NCBI GenBank assembly: GCA_031422355.1 | Contig: JANOQU010000199.1 | Span: 1-38,686 of the forward strand | Source: Actinomycetes bacterium | GTDB lineage: Bacteria > Actinomycetota > Acidimicrobiia > Acidimicrobiales > Ilumatobacteraceae | Direction of reading: 5' to 3' | DNA length: 38,686 bases | In this document: positions 1 to 7,786 of the stretch, piece by piece | Layout: every line of letters starts with the position of its first letter | Numbering within the stretch: position 1 is the stretch's first letter | Notes under the pieces: model-generated | Told to the model about the DNA's origin: nothing | The model's database searches: none | The model's input: the letters and a program-made list of their open reading frames with translations, nothing else | Position numbers and translations under genes: made by a program

Positions 1-401
1 TCGGCGTCCGTGACCAGGTTCGATTCGTCGAGCCGCAGCCGCACCACATCCTGTCCACCTACTACCGCGCCGCCGACGTCGTGGTGGTACCGAGCCGCAG
101 CGAGAGCTTCGGACTCGTGGCCCTCGAGGCGGCAGCGTGCGGAATTCCCGTCGTCGCGAGCGCCGTTGGTGGGCTGCTAACGCTGGTCGACGATGGCGAA
201 ACCGGATACCTCGTTTCGGGCCGCGATCCGTCAGTATTCGCTGATCGCATTGCTCGGATTTTGGGTGACCAGGTCCTTGCGACCTCGATGAGCGTCCGTG
301 CCGCCCAGCGCGCTCGGCGCTATACGTGGAGCTTTGCGGCCGCTCGACTTCGTCGGGTGTACGCGGATCTCGGCGTGCACGAACTCGTCGCCTGCTCGTG
401 A
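1..401 (+). CDS. mshA: GT4-family glycosyltransferase, C-terminal fragment (MshA-like); the 5' end lies outside the window
   Basis: The frame is open from the window edge (first full codon at 3). The translation ...VRFVEPQPHHILSTYYRAADVVVVPSRSESFGLVALEAAACGIPVVASAVGGL... shows the GT-B/GT4 C-terminal E-x7-E type motif. A YbjN-like gene follows, as it does downstream of mycobacterial mshA. The symbol is tentative. Confidence 0.7.
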   Translation, partial: GVRDQVRFVEPQPHHILSTYYRAADVVVVPSRSESFGLVALEAAACGIPVVASAVGGLLTLVDDGETGYLVSGRDPSVFADRIARILGDQVLATSMSVRAAQRARRYTWSFAAARLRRVYADLGVHELVACS

Positions 402-405
402 CTCG

Positions 406-864
406 ATGAGTGACCTGCACGGCCCAGACGCGCTGTCAGCGATCGAAGCACAGATCGACGGCTGGCTTGCCGGTTTCGCCGAATCGAATCCGGCCATCGC
501 CGCCATCGATCGCGGGGATGGCGAAGAGCCCCGCTGGTACATCCGGATGCGCGGCGACGAGAAGGAATTCATCACCGTCTGGCTGACCCTCGGTCAACGC
601 ACATTGCGGTATGAGGCGTACGTGATGCCAGCCCCGGAAGAGAACGCCGAGTTGCTGTATGAGAACCTCCTGCGGCGTAACCAGAGTCTGGTGGGGCATC
701 ACTTCGCAATCGGGATCGAGGATGCGGTCTTCCTCCGCGGGGATCTGCCGAACGCCGTGTTGACCGAGGACGAACTCGACCGAGTGATCGGATCGCTCTA
801 CGCGACGACCGAGCAGGTCTTTCAAGCCCTGCTCCGGATCGGCTTCGCCAGCCGCTACGGCTGA
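406..864 (+). CDS. YbjN-like (putative sensory transduction / chaperone-like) domain protein
   Basis: ATG at 406, 5 nt after the upstream stop. The translation MSDLHGPDALSAIEAQIDGWL...WYIRMRGDEKEFITVWLTLGQRTLRYEAYVMP...AIGIEDAVFLRGDLP fits the YbjN/T3SS-chaperone-like pattern. The 298 start in the ORF track overlaps the upstream gene and was trimmed. Confidence 0.6.
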   Translation: MSDLHGPDALSAIEAQIDGWLAGFAESNPAIAAIDRGDGEEPRWYIRMRGDEKEFITVWLTLGQRTLRYEAYVMPAPEENAELLYENLLRRNQSLVGHHFAIGIEDAVFLRGDLPNAVLTEDELDRVIGSLYATTEQVFQALLRIGFASRYG

Positions 865-928
865 GCCATATCCAAGAGCCGGCACTACTGTCGCCCGGCA
901 TGGGGAATGCGGCCGTGGGGCTGTCGAC

Positions 929-2035
929 GTGAGCGACATCTTGGTCGTGGGTGGAACCGGGCCGACCGGGCTGCCGTTGGTCAGTGGTCTTGTCGCGGCC
1001 GGGCACCGTGTCACGATCCTGCACCGCGGCCTCCACGAGAACCCGATGACGCCGACCGAGGTCGTCCATCTTCATGCGGACCCTTACGATGCGGCCTCGT
1101 TCTCAGACGCAGTCGACGGTCGACGCTTCGAGGTGACGATCGTGATGTACGGCCGGCTGCGCCGCATTGCCGAGGCAATGGTTGGGCGAACGGAACGATT
1201 CCTGAGCATCGGCGGCGTGCCTGCCCATCGAGGCTGGATGAATCCGTGGTTGTACGAACCTGTGGGGGTACCCGTTCCGATCGGGGAGGACGGTCCGACC
1301 GTGCGGGCGCCGGGTGAGGACGAGAAGGGCTATCGCATCGCTCGTACCGAGGAGGCGGTGTTCGCCCATCACCCAACAGCGACCCACTTTCGTTATCCGT
1401 ACGTGTACGGACCTCATCAACTGGCTCCCCGGGAGTGGTGCGTGGTCAGACGGATACTCGACGGTCGACGCCAGATCGTCGTCGCCGACGGCGGCCTCAC
1501 TCTGCATCACCACGGCTATACCGAGAATCTCGCCCACGCCGTTCTGCTTGCCGTCGCCCAACCTGATGCTGCACAAGGAAATCTGTACAACGTGGGCGAT
1601 GCCGAGGTCCTCACCATCGGACAGGTGATCGAGTTGATCTGCGACGAATTGGATCACGAGATCGAGATCGTCTCGATGCCGTTCGAATGGGCGCTGCCTG
1701 CTTGGCCGATGCTGACTCAACCGTCGACCAGCCATCGGGTTCTCGATCTGTCGCGGATCACGAATGATCTCGGCTATCGAGATCTCGTCCCCGCGCGAAC
1801 CGCCGTGCGATCAACGGCGAGGTGGCTCGTCGAGCATCCACCCCTCGATAGCGGAACCGAAGAGAAGGTTCTGACCGATCCCTTCGACTATCCGAGCGAG
1901 GATGCGCTTATCGCGGCATGGAAGCAAAGCGTGTCGGAGATTCCAACAATCGACTGGCCGACGAAGCCCGGCCACGGACTCGCGTACAGCGGGCCCGGCG
2001 GACGACCCCGTTCGCAGAAGGAGTTCGCCCCATGA
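929..2035 (+). CDS. NAD-dependent epimerase/dehydratase family protein
   Basis: GTG start. N-terminal Rossmann motif ILVVGGTGPTGLPLVSGLVAAGHRVTILHRG. High GC3. The stop overlaps the next ATG (ATGA at 2032-2035). Confidence 0.75.
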   Translation: MSDILVVGGTGPTGLPLVSGLVAAGHRVTILHRGLHENPMTPTEVVHLHADPYDAASFSDAVDGRRFEVTIVMYGRLRRIAEAMVGRTERFLSIGGVPAHRGWMNPWLYEPVGVPVPIGEDGPTVRAPGEDEKGYRIARTEEAVFAHHPTATHFRYPYVYGPHQLAPREWCVVRRILDGRRQIVVADGGLTLHHHGYTENLAHAVLLAVAQPDAAQGNLYNVGDAEVLTIGQVIELICDELDHEIEIVSMPFEWALPAWPMLTQPSTSHRVLDLSRITNDLGYRDLVPARTAVRSTARWLVEHPPLDSGTEEKVLTDPFDYPSEDALIAAWKQSVSEIPTIDWPTKPGHGLAYSGPGGRPRSQKEFAP

Positions 2036-3273
2036 ACCAACCGCTGAACCAACCGCCGAACGAACCGACTGGCAACGCAGCGCACACCGGACCGATGCGG
2101 GGAATACGGATCGTCGACTTCTCGATTGCCCTCACCGGACCCTACGCGGCCGCGCTGCTCGCAGACCAGGGGGCTTCGGTCGTGAAAGTCGAACGGCCCG
2201 GCTACGGAGACATCGCGCGCTGGATCGGCGTGTCGGTCAATGGGATGTCGGCACTGTTCCAGACCTGCAACCGAGGGAAACGGTCGATTGCGATCGACCT
2301 CGATTCAGCACAGGGCCGGGAAATTGCGGCCGCACTCGTCGCCGACGCGGACGTCGTGATCCAGAACTTCCGGCCCGGCGTGATGGACCGCCTCGGCCTC
2401 GGGCCAGAGGTGATGCGCAGCGGTCACGAGGACTTGATCTACGTGTCATTGTCCGGTTTCGGACCGACCGGACCCTATGCATCGAAGGGCGCGTACGACA
2501 CCGTCATCCAGGCCTACGGCGGCATCGGCGCCAACCAGGCCGATCCCGAGACTGGCGAGCCGCGGTTCCTCAATCAGGTCGCGGCCGACAAGATCACTGC
2601 GATGTATGCCGTTCAGGCGATCACCGCCGCACTCTTCGCCCGCGAGCGCGGCGATGGTGGACAGCACGTCGAGTTGTCGATGCTCGATTCCGTCGTCTCG
2701 TTCCTCTGGGCCGACGCAGCAGGAAACGAGGTGATGCTCGACGCCGACGGCACGCTGCCGTCCAGCTTCACGTCGGCCGTGAAGCCGTTGCGGTTTCTCG
2801 ATGGTTGGGGCATCTCCACGCCGACATCGGATGCCGACTTCGTGGGTATGTGTCAGGCGATGGGCGTCGACGGCTACGACGACCCGCGGGTTGCCGGACT
2901 TGCAAATCGTCGGGTGAATCGTGACGTCATGAACGAGATCATGGCCCGATGCCTCGCGGCAGCAGCGACGATGACGACGGCGGAGGCGATGGCAAGGTTC
3001 GAGGCGCACAGAGTTCCGTGTGGGCAGGTTCTGTCGGCAGCGAACCTCGCCAACGACGCTCACGTGATGGCCATCGGAATGCTCGAGGACTCAGTCCATC
3101 CAACCGCAGGGCGACTTCGTCAGCCCCGCCACCCTGCCCGATTCGCGGCGACACCCGCCCATGTCGGCGCCGGTGCGCCGACGCTCGGCGAACACACCGA
3201 CCAATTGCTCGCCGAACTCGGCCACAGCGCCGAATCTGTTGCTGCCCTTCGGGCGGCCCAGATCGTCAGCTGA
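2032..3273 (+). CDS. CoA-transferase family III (CaiB/BaiF-type)
   Basis: The internal ATG at 2032 gives MNQPLNQ...GIRIVDFSIALTGPYAAALLADQGASVVKVERPGYGD...VVIQNFRPGVMDRLGLG, a typical family III CoA-transferase N-terminus. The ATGA overlap with the upstream gene suggests translational coupling. Confidence 0.8.
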   Translation: MNQPLNQPPNEPTGNAAHTGPMRGIRIVDFSIALTGPYAAALLADQGASVVKVERPGYGDIARWIGVSVNGMSALFQTCNRGKRSIAIDLDSAQGREIAAALVADADVVIQNFRPGVMDRLGLGPEVMRSGHEDLIYVSLSGFGPTGPYASKGAYDTVIQAYGGIGANQADPETGEPRFLNQVAADKITAMYAVQAITAALFARERGDGGQHVELSMLDSVVSFLWADAAGNEVMLDADGTLPSSFTSAVKPLRFLDGWGISTPTSDADFVGMCQAMGVDGYDDPRVAGLANRRVNRDVMNEIMARCLAAAATMTTAEAMARFEAHRVPCGQVLSAANLANDAHVMAIGMLEDSVHPTAGRLRQPRHPARFAATPAHVGAGAPTLGEHTDQLLAELGHSAESVAALRAAQIVS

Positions 3274-3317
3274 ATCCAGATTTGTTTTCCATTTTGAACA
3301 TCTCGAAGCACTCAGTA

Positions 3318-3371
3318 GGGAGTCGGTGCGGGTGAGATCGGGGAAGATCGTGAACCCGCACCGACGCTCCC
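3318..3371 (+). other. Long nested hairpin between the CoA-transferase gene and proC
   Basis: GGGAG-TCGGTGCGGGT ... ACCCGCACCGA-cg-CTCCC has an 11-bp perfect core plus a 5-bp extension. The loop holds a GATC-N6-GATC mini-stem. An unusually AT-rich tract (3275-3315) precedes it. No U-tail. Confidence 0.5.
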
Positions 3372-3378
3372 AATTAGC

Positions 3379-4239
3379 GTGTCGCCGATGAGACCTGACT
3401 CCGAATCCGACTCCGATGCTGATACCGATCCCGGAATCGCGGCATCCGTCGATCTGGCGATCATCGGTGGTGGGAACATGGGCGCCGCCCTTGCCGGCGG
3501 CCTGCTGTCATCGGGGTGGATTGCACCGGATCAACTGACGATCGTGGAGGTGTCCGCTGCCCAGCGTGAGGTGCTGGCAGTTCGTTTCGCAGGGGTCAAC
3601 ATCTCGACTGACATCCCGTTCTGCAACGCAGCGATCCTGGCCGTCAAGCCAGGTGATGCGGCCCACGCCGCCGCCGCTGCTTCCGCTCGGGGGGCGAGGC
3701 GAATCGTTTCGATTGCTGCGGGTATTTCGATCGCGACTCTCGAAGACGCAGCCGGCCCAGGCGTCGCTGTGATTCGTGTGATGCCGAACACGCCGGCTCT
3801 CGTTGGCTATGGCGCGGCGGGCCTCAGCGCCGGACACACTGCCGATGCAGCTGACGTTGCCTGGGCCGTCGAGATCCTGTCGTCGGTGGGCACGGTCGAG
3901 GTCGTTCCCGAGTACCAACTCGATGCGGTGACCGGATTGATCGGCAGTGGGCCCGCCTACCTGTTCATGATCGCCGAGGCCCTGGTCGATGCGGGTGTCT
4001 TGGCAGGTCTGGCCCGGCCGATGGCACAGGCATTCGTCACCCAATTATTCCTCGGTTCTGCAGCAATGATGAGCGAACGCGGAGATCCCGCATCGCTTCG
4101 GGCGATGGTGACGTCGCCGGGCGGAACGACTGCGGCGGGGCTCAAGGTTCTCGAGGACCACGCTGTACGCGCCGCACTGCAGTCAGCGGTGATCGCTGCA
4201 ACGGAACGCAGTCGCGAGCTCGGCAAGTCCACATCCTGA
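3379..4239 (+). CDS. proC: Pyrroline-5-carboxylate reductase
   Basis: LAIIGGGNMGAALAGGL Rossmann motif, VMPNTPALVG and the C-terminal signature VTSPGGTTAAGL. The start is ambiguous (GTG 3379 or ATG 3388). Confidence 0.88.
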   Translation: MSPMRPDSESDSDADTDPGIAASVDLAIIGGGNMGAALAGGLLSSGWIAPDQLTIVEVSAAQREVLAVRFAGVNISTDIPFCNAAILAVKPGDAAHAAAAASARGARRIVSIAAGISIATLEDAAGPGVAVIRVMPNTPALVGYGAAGLSAGHTADAADVAWAVEILSSVGTVEVVPEYQLDAVTGLIGSGPAYLFMIAEALVDAGVLAGLARPMAQAFVTQLFLGSAAMMSERGDPASLRAMVTSPGGTTAAGLKVLEDHAVRAALQSAVIAATERSRELGKSTS

Positions 4240-4321
4240 TCAAAGAAAAAGATTTCTCGGTGTGACTCTTTTCTCCCAGCGTGCTTTGTGCCTATTGTGT
4301 TTCCACGAGGTCGAGTTGGCC

Positions 4322-4408
4322 TCCGCTTGCGAAAGCAAACGGAAGTCGCGCCCTTCACGGGCTGCGCCGACAGGGGCTGGTGTCATCGGGGGGTTGACAC
4401 CAGCCCTC
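4322..4408 (+). other. Three consecutive stem-loops in the 237-nt proC/DUF62 spacer (candidate structured RNA or leader)
   Basis: Hairpin 1 (4322-4343): TCCGCTTGC-GAAA-GCAAACGGA with a GNRA loop. Hairpin 2 (4345-4371): GCGCCC-ttcac-GGGC(t)GCGC. Hairpin 3 (4374-4406): 11-bp perfect stem GGGCTGGTGTC / GACACCAGCCC with a G-rich loop. Confidence 0.4.
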
Positions 4409-4476
4409 GTCGTTTCCGTAACTGTTCTGGCATCCGTTGGCTCGTTCGGCCGATTGGGGCTTAGCGTGTCGCGGGT

Positions 4477-5376
4477 ATGGGCCGCCGCTATGAGACCATC
4501 TCGTTTCTGTCCGACTTCGGAACGGTCGACGAGTTCGTCGGAGTCGTCAAGAGCGTCATCCGCGACATCGCCGACCACGTCACCGTCATCGATCTCACCC
4601 ATCAGATCCCGGCCTTCGATATTCGCGCGGGATCACTCGCGTTGGCGCGATGCATCTCCTACGTTCCCTCCGGTGTTGTGCTGGCCGTGGTGGACGCAGC
4701 GGCGGGGAGTGATCGTCGGTGTGTCGCGGTGGAGGTTGCCGATGGCGAGGGGGTGCTGATCGGCCCGGACAACGGCCTGATCGCATCGGCGGTTGCGATG
4801 GCGGGAGGTGCCGGTCGGGCAATTGTGCTGACGAACATCGAGTTCCAGCTCGCTGCGCCAGGTGCGATCTTTGCTGGTCGGGACATCATGGCGCCGGCTG
4901 CCGCCCACCTCTGCAACGGCGTCGACCTCTACGACCTCGGCGACCCCATTGATCCAGCGCTGTTGCTGCCCGGGACGGTCCCCCTTCCACGTGATGAAGA
5001 TGGCTCGCTCGTTACCGAGGTTTTGTGGGTGGATCGATACGGCAATTGTCAGCTGAACGTCGGTCCGGACGAGGTCGTTCACCTCGGTGAGCATGTCCGC
5101 GTTCTGGTCGGCGAACTCACCGGATCGCCGATCACTCGGGTCGGCAGGCGCTGCGAGGACTTCGCCCAGTTGGGCACCGGATCCGTCGCGTTGCTGACGG
5201 ACAGCTACGGAATGATCGCGCTGGCCATCGAGCGCCGGTCAGCTGCTGACGAGTTACAGATTGGCCCCAGCGATCAAGTTGTCCTCCAGGCGATCGCCGA
5301 TGAGAACCCCGGATTCGAATCTGGCCCGGCGAGCACTCCCGTCAGCAGCCCGGTCAACTTGCGGATCAGCCGCTAG
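4477..5376 (+). CDS. SAM hydroxide adenosyltransferase / chlorinase-fluorinase family (DUF62)
   Basis: The N-terminus ISFLSDFGTVDEFVGVVKSVI...IDLTHQIPAFDIRAGS and ...GPDNGL...FAGRDIMAPAAAHL match the DUF62 SAM-dependent family pattern. Confidence 0.8.
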   Translation: MGRRYETISFLSDFGTVDEFVGVVKSVIRDIADHVTVIDLTHQIPAFDIRAGSLALARCISYVPSGVVLAVVDAAAGSDRRCVAVEVADGEGVLIGPDNGLIASAVAMAGGAGRAIVLTNIEFQLAAPGAIFAGRDIMAPAAAHLCNGVDLYDLGDPIDPALLLPGTVPLPRDEDGSLVTEVLWVDRYGNCQLNVGPDEVVHLGEHVRVLVGELTGSPITRVGRRCEDFAQLGTGSVALLTDSYGMIALAIERRSAADELQIGPSDQVVLQAIADENPGFESGPASTPVSSPVNLRISR

Positions 5377-5537
5377 CGTCTGCGACTATGCGTCCAGCTA
5401 CCACGCTCGCCCTTGCGCTTCTTCTGGCGTTGATTCTTGTCGCTGGCACTCTGTCGCTGCTTCGGTTGTAGGGATCGACCGACAATCGAGGCGTGGTTGC
5501 GCACCAGCGCTAACATCGCCAGCCGGGGGAGGCTGAC

Positions 5538-7025
5538 TTGAATCTTGCCAACATCATCGAGCCGCATCCGGCGGACAAGGTCGCGTTGATCAGCCGTGGC
5601 CGTGAGACCACCTATGGCACTCTCCGCGACCAGATCGCTGGGGCGCGCGGCGGGCTGACGGCGATGGGTATCGGCGACGGCGATCACGTCGCCCTGCTGG
5701 TCGCCAACAATCGCCTGTTCGTCGTGTCGTACTTGGCGGTTCTCGGAGTCGGCGCCGTTGCGGTGCCCCTCAATCCCACCAGTCCAGCGGCAGAGATCGA
5801 GCGTGAACTTGTCGCAGTGGGCGCAGTCGCCGTGGTAGTTGGACCGAGCGCGTTGCCGTCCTGGAATAACGTGGATCGAGCGGCCGCCCCCAGCCTTCGC
5901 CACGTCATTGCCGCCGAGGGTGAGATGGACGGTGCGACCTCGCTGGATCAGTTGGTCACAGCAGAACCGACCCCAATTGTCGACGTCGACCCCGACCATC
6001 TTGCGGTGCTCATCTTCACGAGCGGCACCGCTGGATCCCCTCGGGCGGCCATGTTGAGCCACGGCAACCTGATATCCAACATCGAGCAGGCCGTCCGGGC
6101 CGAAACCGCCACGATGGCCGACGACGTCGTCTACGGCGTACTTCCGATGTTCCACATCTTCGGACTCAACGTCGTGCTCGGTATCTCGTTCTACGTCGGC
6201 GCGACCGTTGTATTGGTCCAGCGGTTCGATCCGTCGACGGCTCTCGACACCATCCGCGAGCGGCAGATCACGATCATGCCTGGCGCGCCGCCGATGTGGA
6301 TCGCTTTCGCTTCCTTCGACGACGCGCCGGCCGACTCGTTCGCATCCGTTCGAGTCGCATCGACCGGTGCCGCAAAGATGCCAGAAGAAGCGCTCCGACG
6401 GATGGATTCGCGGTTCGGTGTCAAGTTGGCGGAGGGTTACGGATTGACCGAGGCTTCCCCGGTCGTCACGTCGTCGCGCGACGGGCAGTATCGGATCGGT
6501 TCCGTCGGCAGAGTGCTCGACGGCATTCAGGTGCGCCTTGTCGACGAGTCCGGAGACGACGTGCTCGACGGGGATGCCGGCGAGATCTGGGTCAAGGGCC
6601 CGAACGTGTTCAAGGGCTACCTCGACGACCCCGAAGCCACCGCCCGCGTCCTGACCACCGATGGTTGGTTGCGCACCGGCGACATCGCGATCACCGATGG
6701 CGACGGGTTTCTCTACCTGATCGACCGCGCCAAAGACCTGATCATCGTCAGTGGCTTCAACGTCTATCCGAAAGAGGTCGAGGACGTCCTCAGCGATCAT
6801 CCCGGCGTCGCCGAGGTGGGCGTGATCGGCGTGCCGCATCCACAGACCGGCGAAGCCGTCAAGGCGTTCGTCGTCGCCAAGCCGGGTGTTCGCCTCGATG
6901 AGGACGCGTTGATTCAGCATTGCCTCGATGAACTCGCCCGATACAAGTGTCCGTCCAAGATCATCTTCAGCATCGAGTTGCCCCGCAACGTCAGCGGCAA
7001 GCTGCTCCGCCGTTCACTGATGTAG
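5538..7025 (+). CDS. AMP-dependent acyl-CoA synthetase/ligase (FadD-like)
   Basis: TTG start preceded by GGGGGAGG. AMP-binding motif IFTSGTAGSPRAAMLSHGNL, plus GYGLTE, TGDI...DGFLYLIDRAKD and a C-terminal GKLLRR. The 515-aa antisense ORF (5373-6920) is a shadow. Confidence 0.88.
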   Translation: MNLANIIEPHPADKVALISRGRETTYGTLRDQIAGARGGLTAMGIGDGDHVALLVANNRLFVVSYLAVLGVGAVAVPLNPTSPAAEIERELVAVGAVAVVVGPSALPSWNNVDRAAAPSLRHVIAAEGEMDGATSLDQLVTAEPTPIVDVDPDHLAVLIFTSGTAGSPRAAMLSHGNLISNIEQAVRAETATMADDVVYGVLPMFHIFGLNVVLGISFYVGATVVLVQRFDPSTALDTIRERQITIMPGAPPMWIAFASFDDAPADSFASVRVASTGAAKMPEEALRRMDSRFGVKLAEGYGLTEASPVVTSSRDGQYRIGSVGRVLDGIQVRLVDESGDDVLDGDAGEIWVKGPNVFKGYLDDPEATARVLTTDGWLRTGDIAITDGDGFLYLIDRAKDLIIVSGFNVYPKEVEDVLSDHPGVAEVGVIGVPHPQTGEAVKAFVVAKPGVRLDEDALIQHCLDELARYKCPSKIIFSIELPRNVSGKLLRRSLM

Positions 7026-7038
7026 GGGCGTAGCAGCT

Positions 7039-7056
7039 TTGTGAATGTGCGCACAT
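7039..7056. promoter_or_regulatory. Candidate Rex operator (ROP-like) upstream of rex-hemACD
   Basis: TTGTGAATGTGCGCACAT matches TGTGA-N6-TCACA in 9 of the 10 half-site positions and contains the perfect 12-bp palindrome ATGTGCGCACAT (7045-7056). It lies 21-38 nt upstream of the rex ATG. Confidence 0.45.
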
Positions 7057-7076
7057 GCGCATAGGGTTCAAGTTGT

Positions 7077-7772
7077 ATGCCCGTTGAACGAGTCCGCCGG
7101 CGAATCCCAGAGGCCACCGTGGCCCGGTTGCCCGTGTATCTGCGGATTTTGATCGAGCAAGCCAATGACAATGTCGAAAGCATCAGCAGCGAAGGTCTCG
7201 CCGAACTGGCTGGCGTCAATGCCGCCAAGGTTCGCAAAGACCTCTCGTATCTCGGCAGCTATGGAACGCGCGGCGTGGGCTACGAGGTCGCGTTTCTCGT
7301 CTATCAGATCCGTCGCGAACTCGGGCTGACTCACGATTGGCCGGTCGTGATCGTCGGCGCAGGCAACCTCGGCCAAGCCCTCGCTGGCTACGGCGGATTC
7401 GGTGAGCGCGGATTTCCGGTGGCCGGAGTGGTCGACATCGAGCAGGCCAAGGTTGGCAGCGTCATCGGGGGGGTTCGTGTCCGCCACATCGACGACCTGC
7501 CTCAGATCGTGCAATCCCGGCGGGTCAGTATCGGGGTCGTCGCGACCCCGCCGGCGGCCGCTCAAGATGCCGCTGACCGACTGGTTCGTGCCGGATGCAC
7601 CAGTATCCTCAACTTTGCGCCTGTCGTTCTCAACGTGCCGATCGGGATCATCGTCCGTAAGGTTGACCTCGCGGTCGAATTGCAGATCCTCAGTTATTAC
7701 GAGCAACGTCGAACGCCAGTTGGTCTCCAGGCGTTCGGGTCAAATGACAATGGTCGCGGAGCGAGCGCTTAG
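7077..7772 (+). CDS. rex: Redox-sensing transcriptional repressor Rex
   Basis: RIPEATVARLPVYLRIL...VRKDLSYLGSYGTRGVGYEV...VIVGAGNLGQALAGYGGF is a near-consensus Rex winged-helix plus Rossmann sequence. It sits directly upstream of hemA, as in Streptomyces. Confidence 0.9.
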   Translation: MPVERVRRRIPEATVARLPVYLRILIEQANDNVESISSEGLAELAGVNAAKVRKDLSYLGSYGTRGVGYEVAFLVYQIRRELGLTHDWPVVIVGAGNLGQALAGYGGFGERGFPVAGVVDIEQAKVGSVIGGVRVRHIDDLPQIVQSRRVSIGVVATPPAAAQDAADRLVRAGCTSILNFAPVVLNVPIGIIVRKVDLAVELQILSYYEQRRTPVGLQAFGSNDNGRGASA

Positions 7773-7786
7773 AATTTCGGAATCGG

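Noticed and set aside
15-30. GGTTCGATTC (T-loop-like sequence), and a similar GGATTCGAATC at about 5308, as hints of tRNA genes.
   Set aside because: Both lie inside well-supported protein-coding frames, and no acceptor or anticodon stems can be drawn around them.
4372-4408. The minus-strand reading of the 11-bp hairpin gives a C-rich loop (AACCCCCCGAT), reminiscent of the actinobacterial 6C RNA.
   Set aside because: 6C RNA has two hairpins with C-rich loops. Here the neighbouring hairpin loops are GTGAA and TTTC on that strand, so the architecture does not match.
5377-5537. Mirror-image small ORFs in the DUF62/fadD spacer: on the plus strand MRPATTLALALLLALILVAGTLSLLRL (5388-5471), and on the minus strand a basic 47-aa peptide MLALVRNHASIVGRSLQPKQRQSASDKNQRQKKRKGERGSWTHSRRR (ending at 5373).
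   Set aside because: The two are reverse complements of the same Leu/Ala versus Lys/Arg/Gln-coding tract, so at most one can be real. GC3 is mediocre for both (about 61% and 68%). Neither has an SD sequence or resembles bS22 or other known small proteins. Ribo-seq would be needed.
5373-6920. Very long antisense or alternate-frame ORFs: 5373-6920 (-), 8869-10062 (-), 17685-18761 (-), 18581-19969 (-), 25280-26512 (+), 1902-2924 (+), 14716-15447 (-), 34809-35588 (-).
   Set aside because: These are typical shadow ORFs of a high-GC genome. Their translations are Arg/Pro/Gly-rich with no recognisable motifs. Each lies opposite or out of frame to a gene with strong family signatures (fadD-like, hemC, hemB, hemL, M23 peptidase and others).
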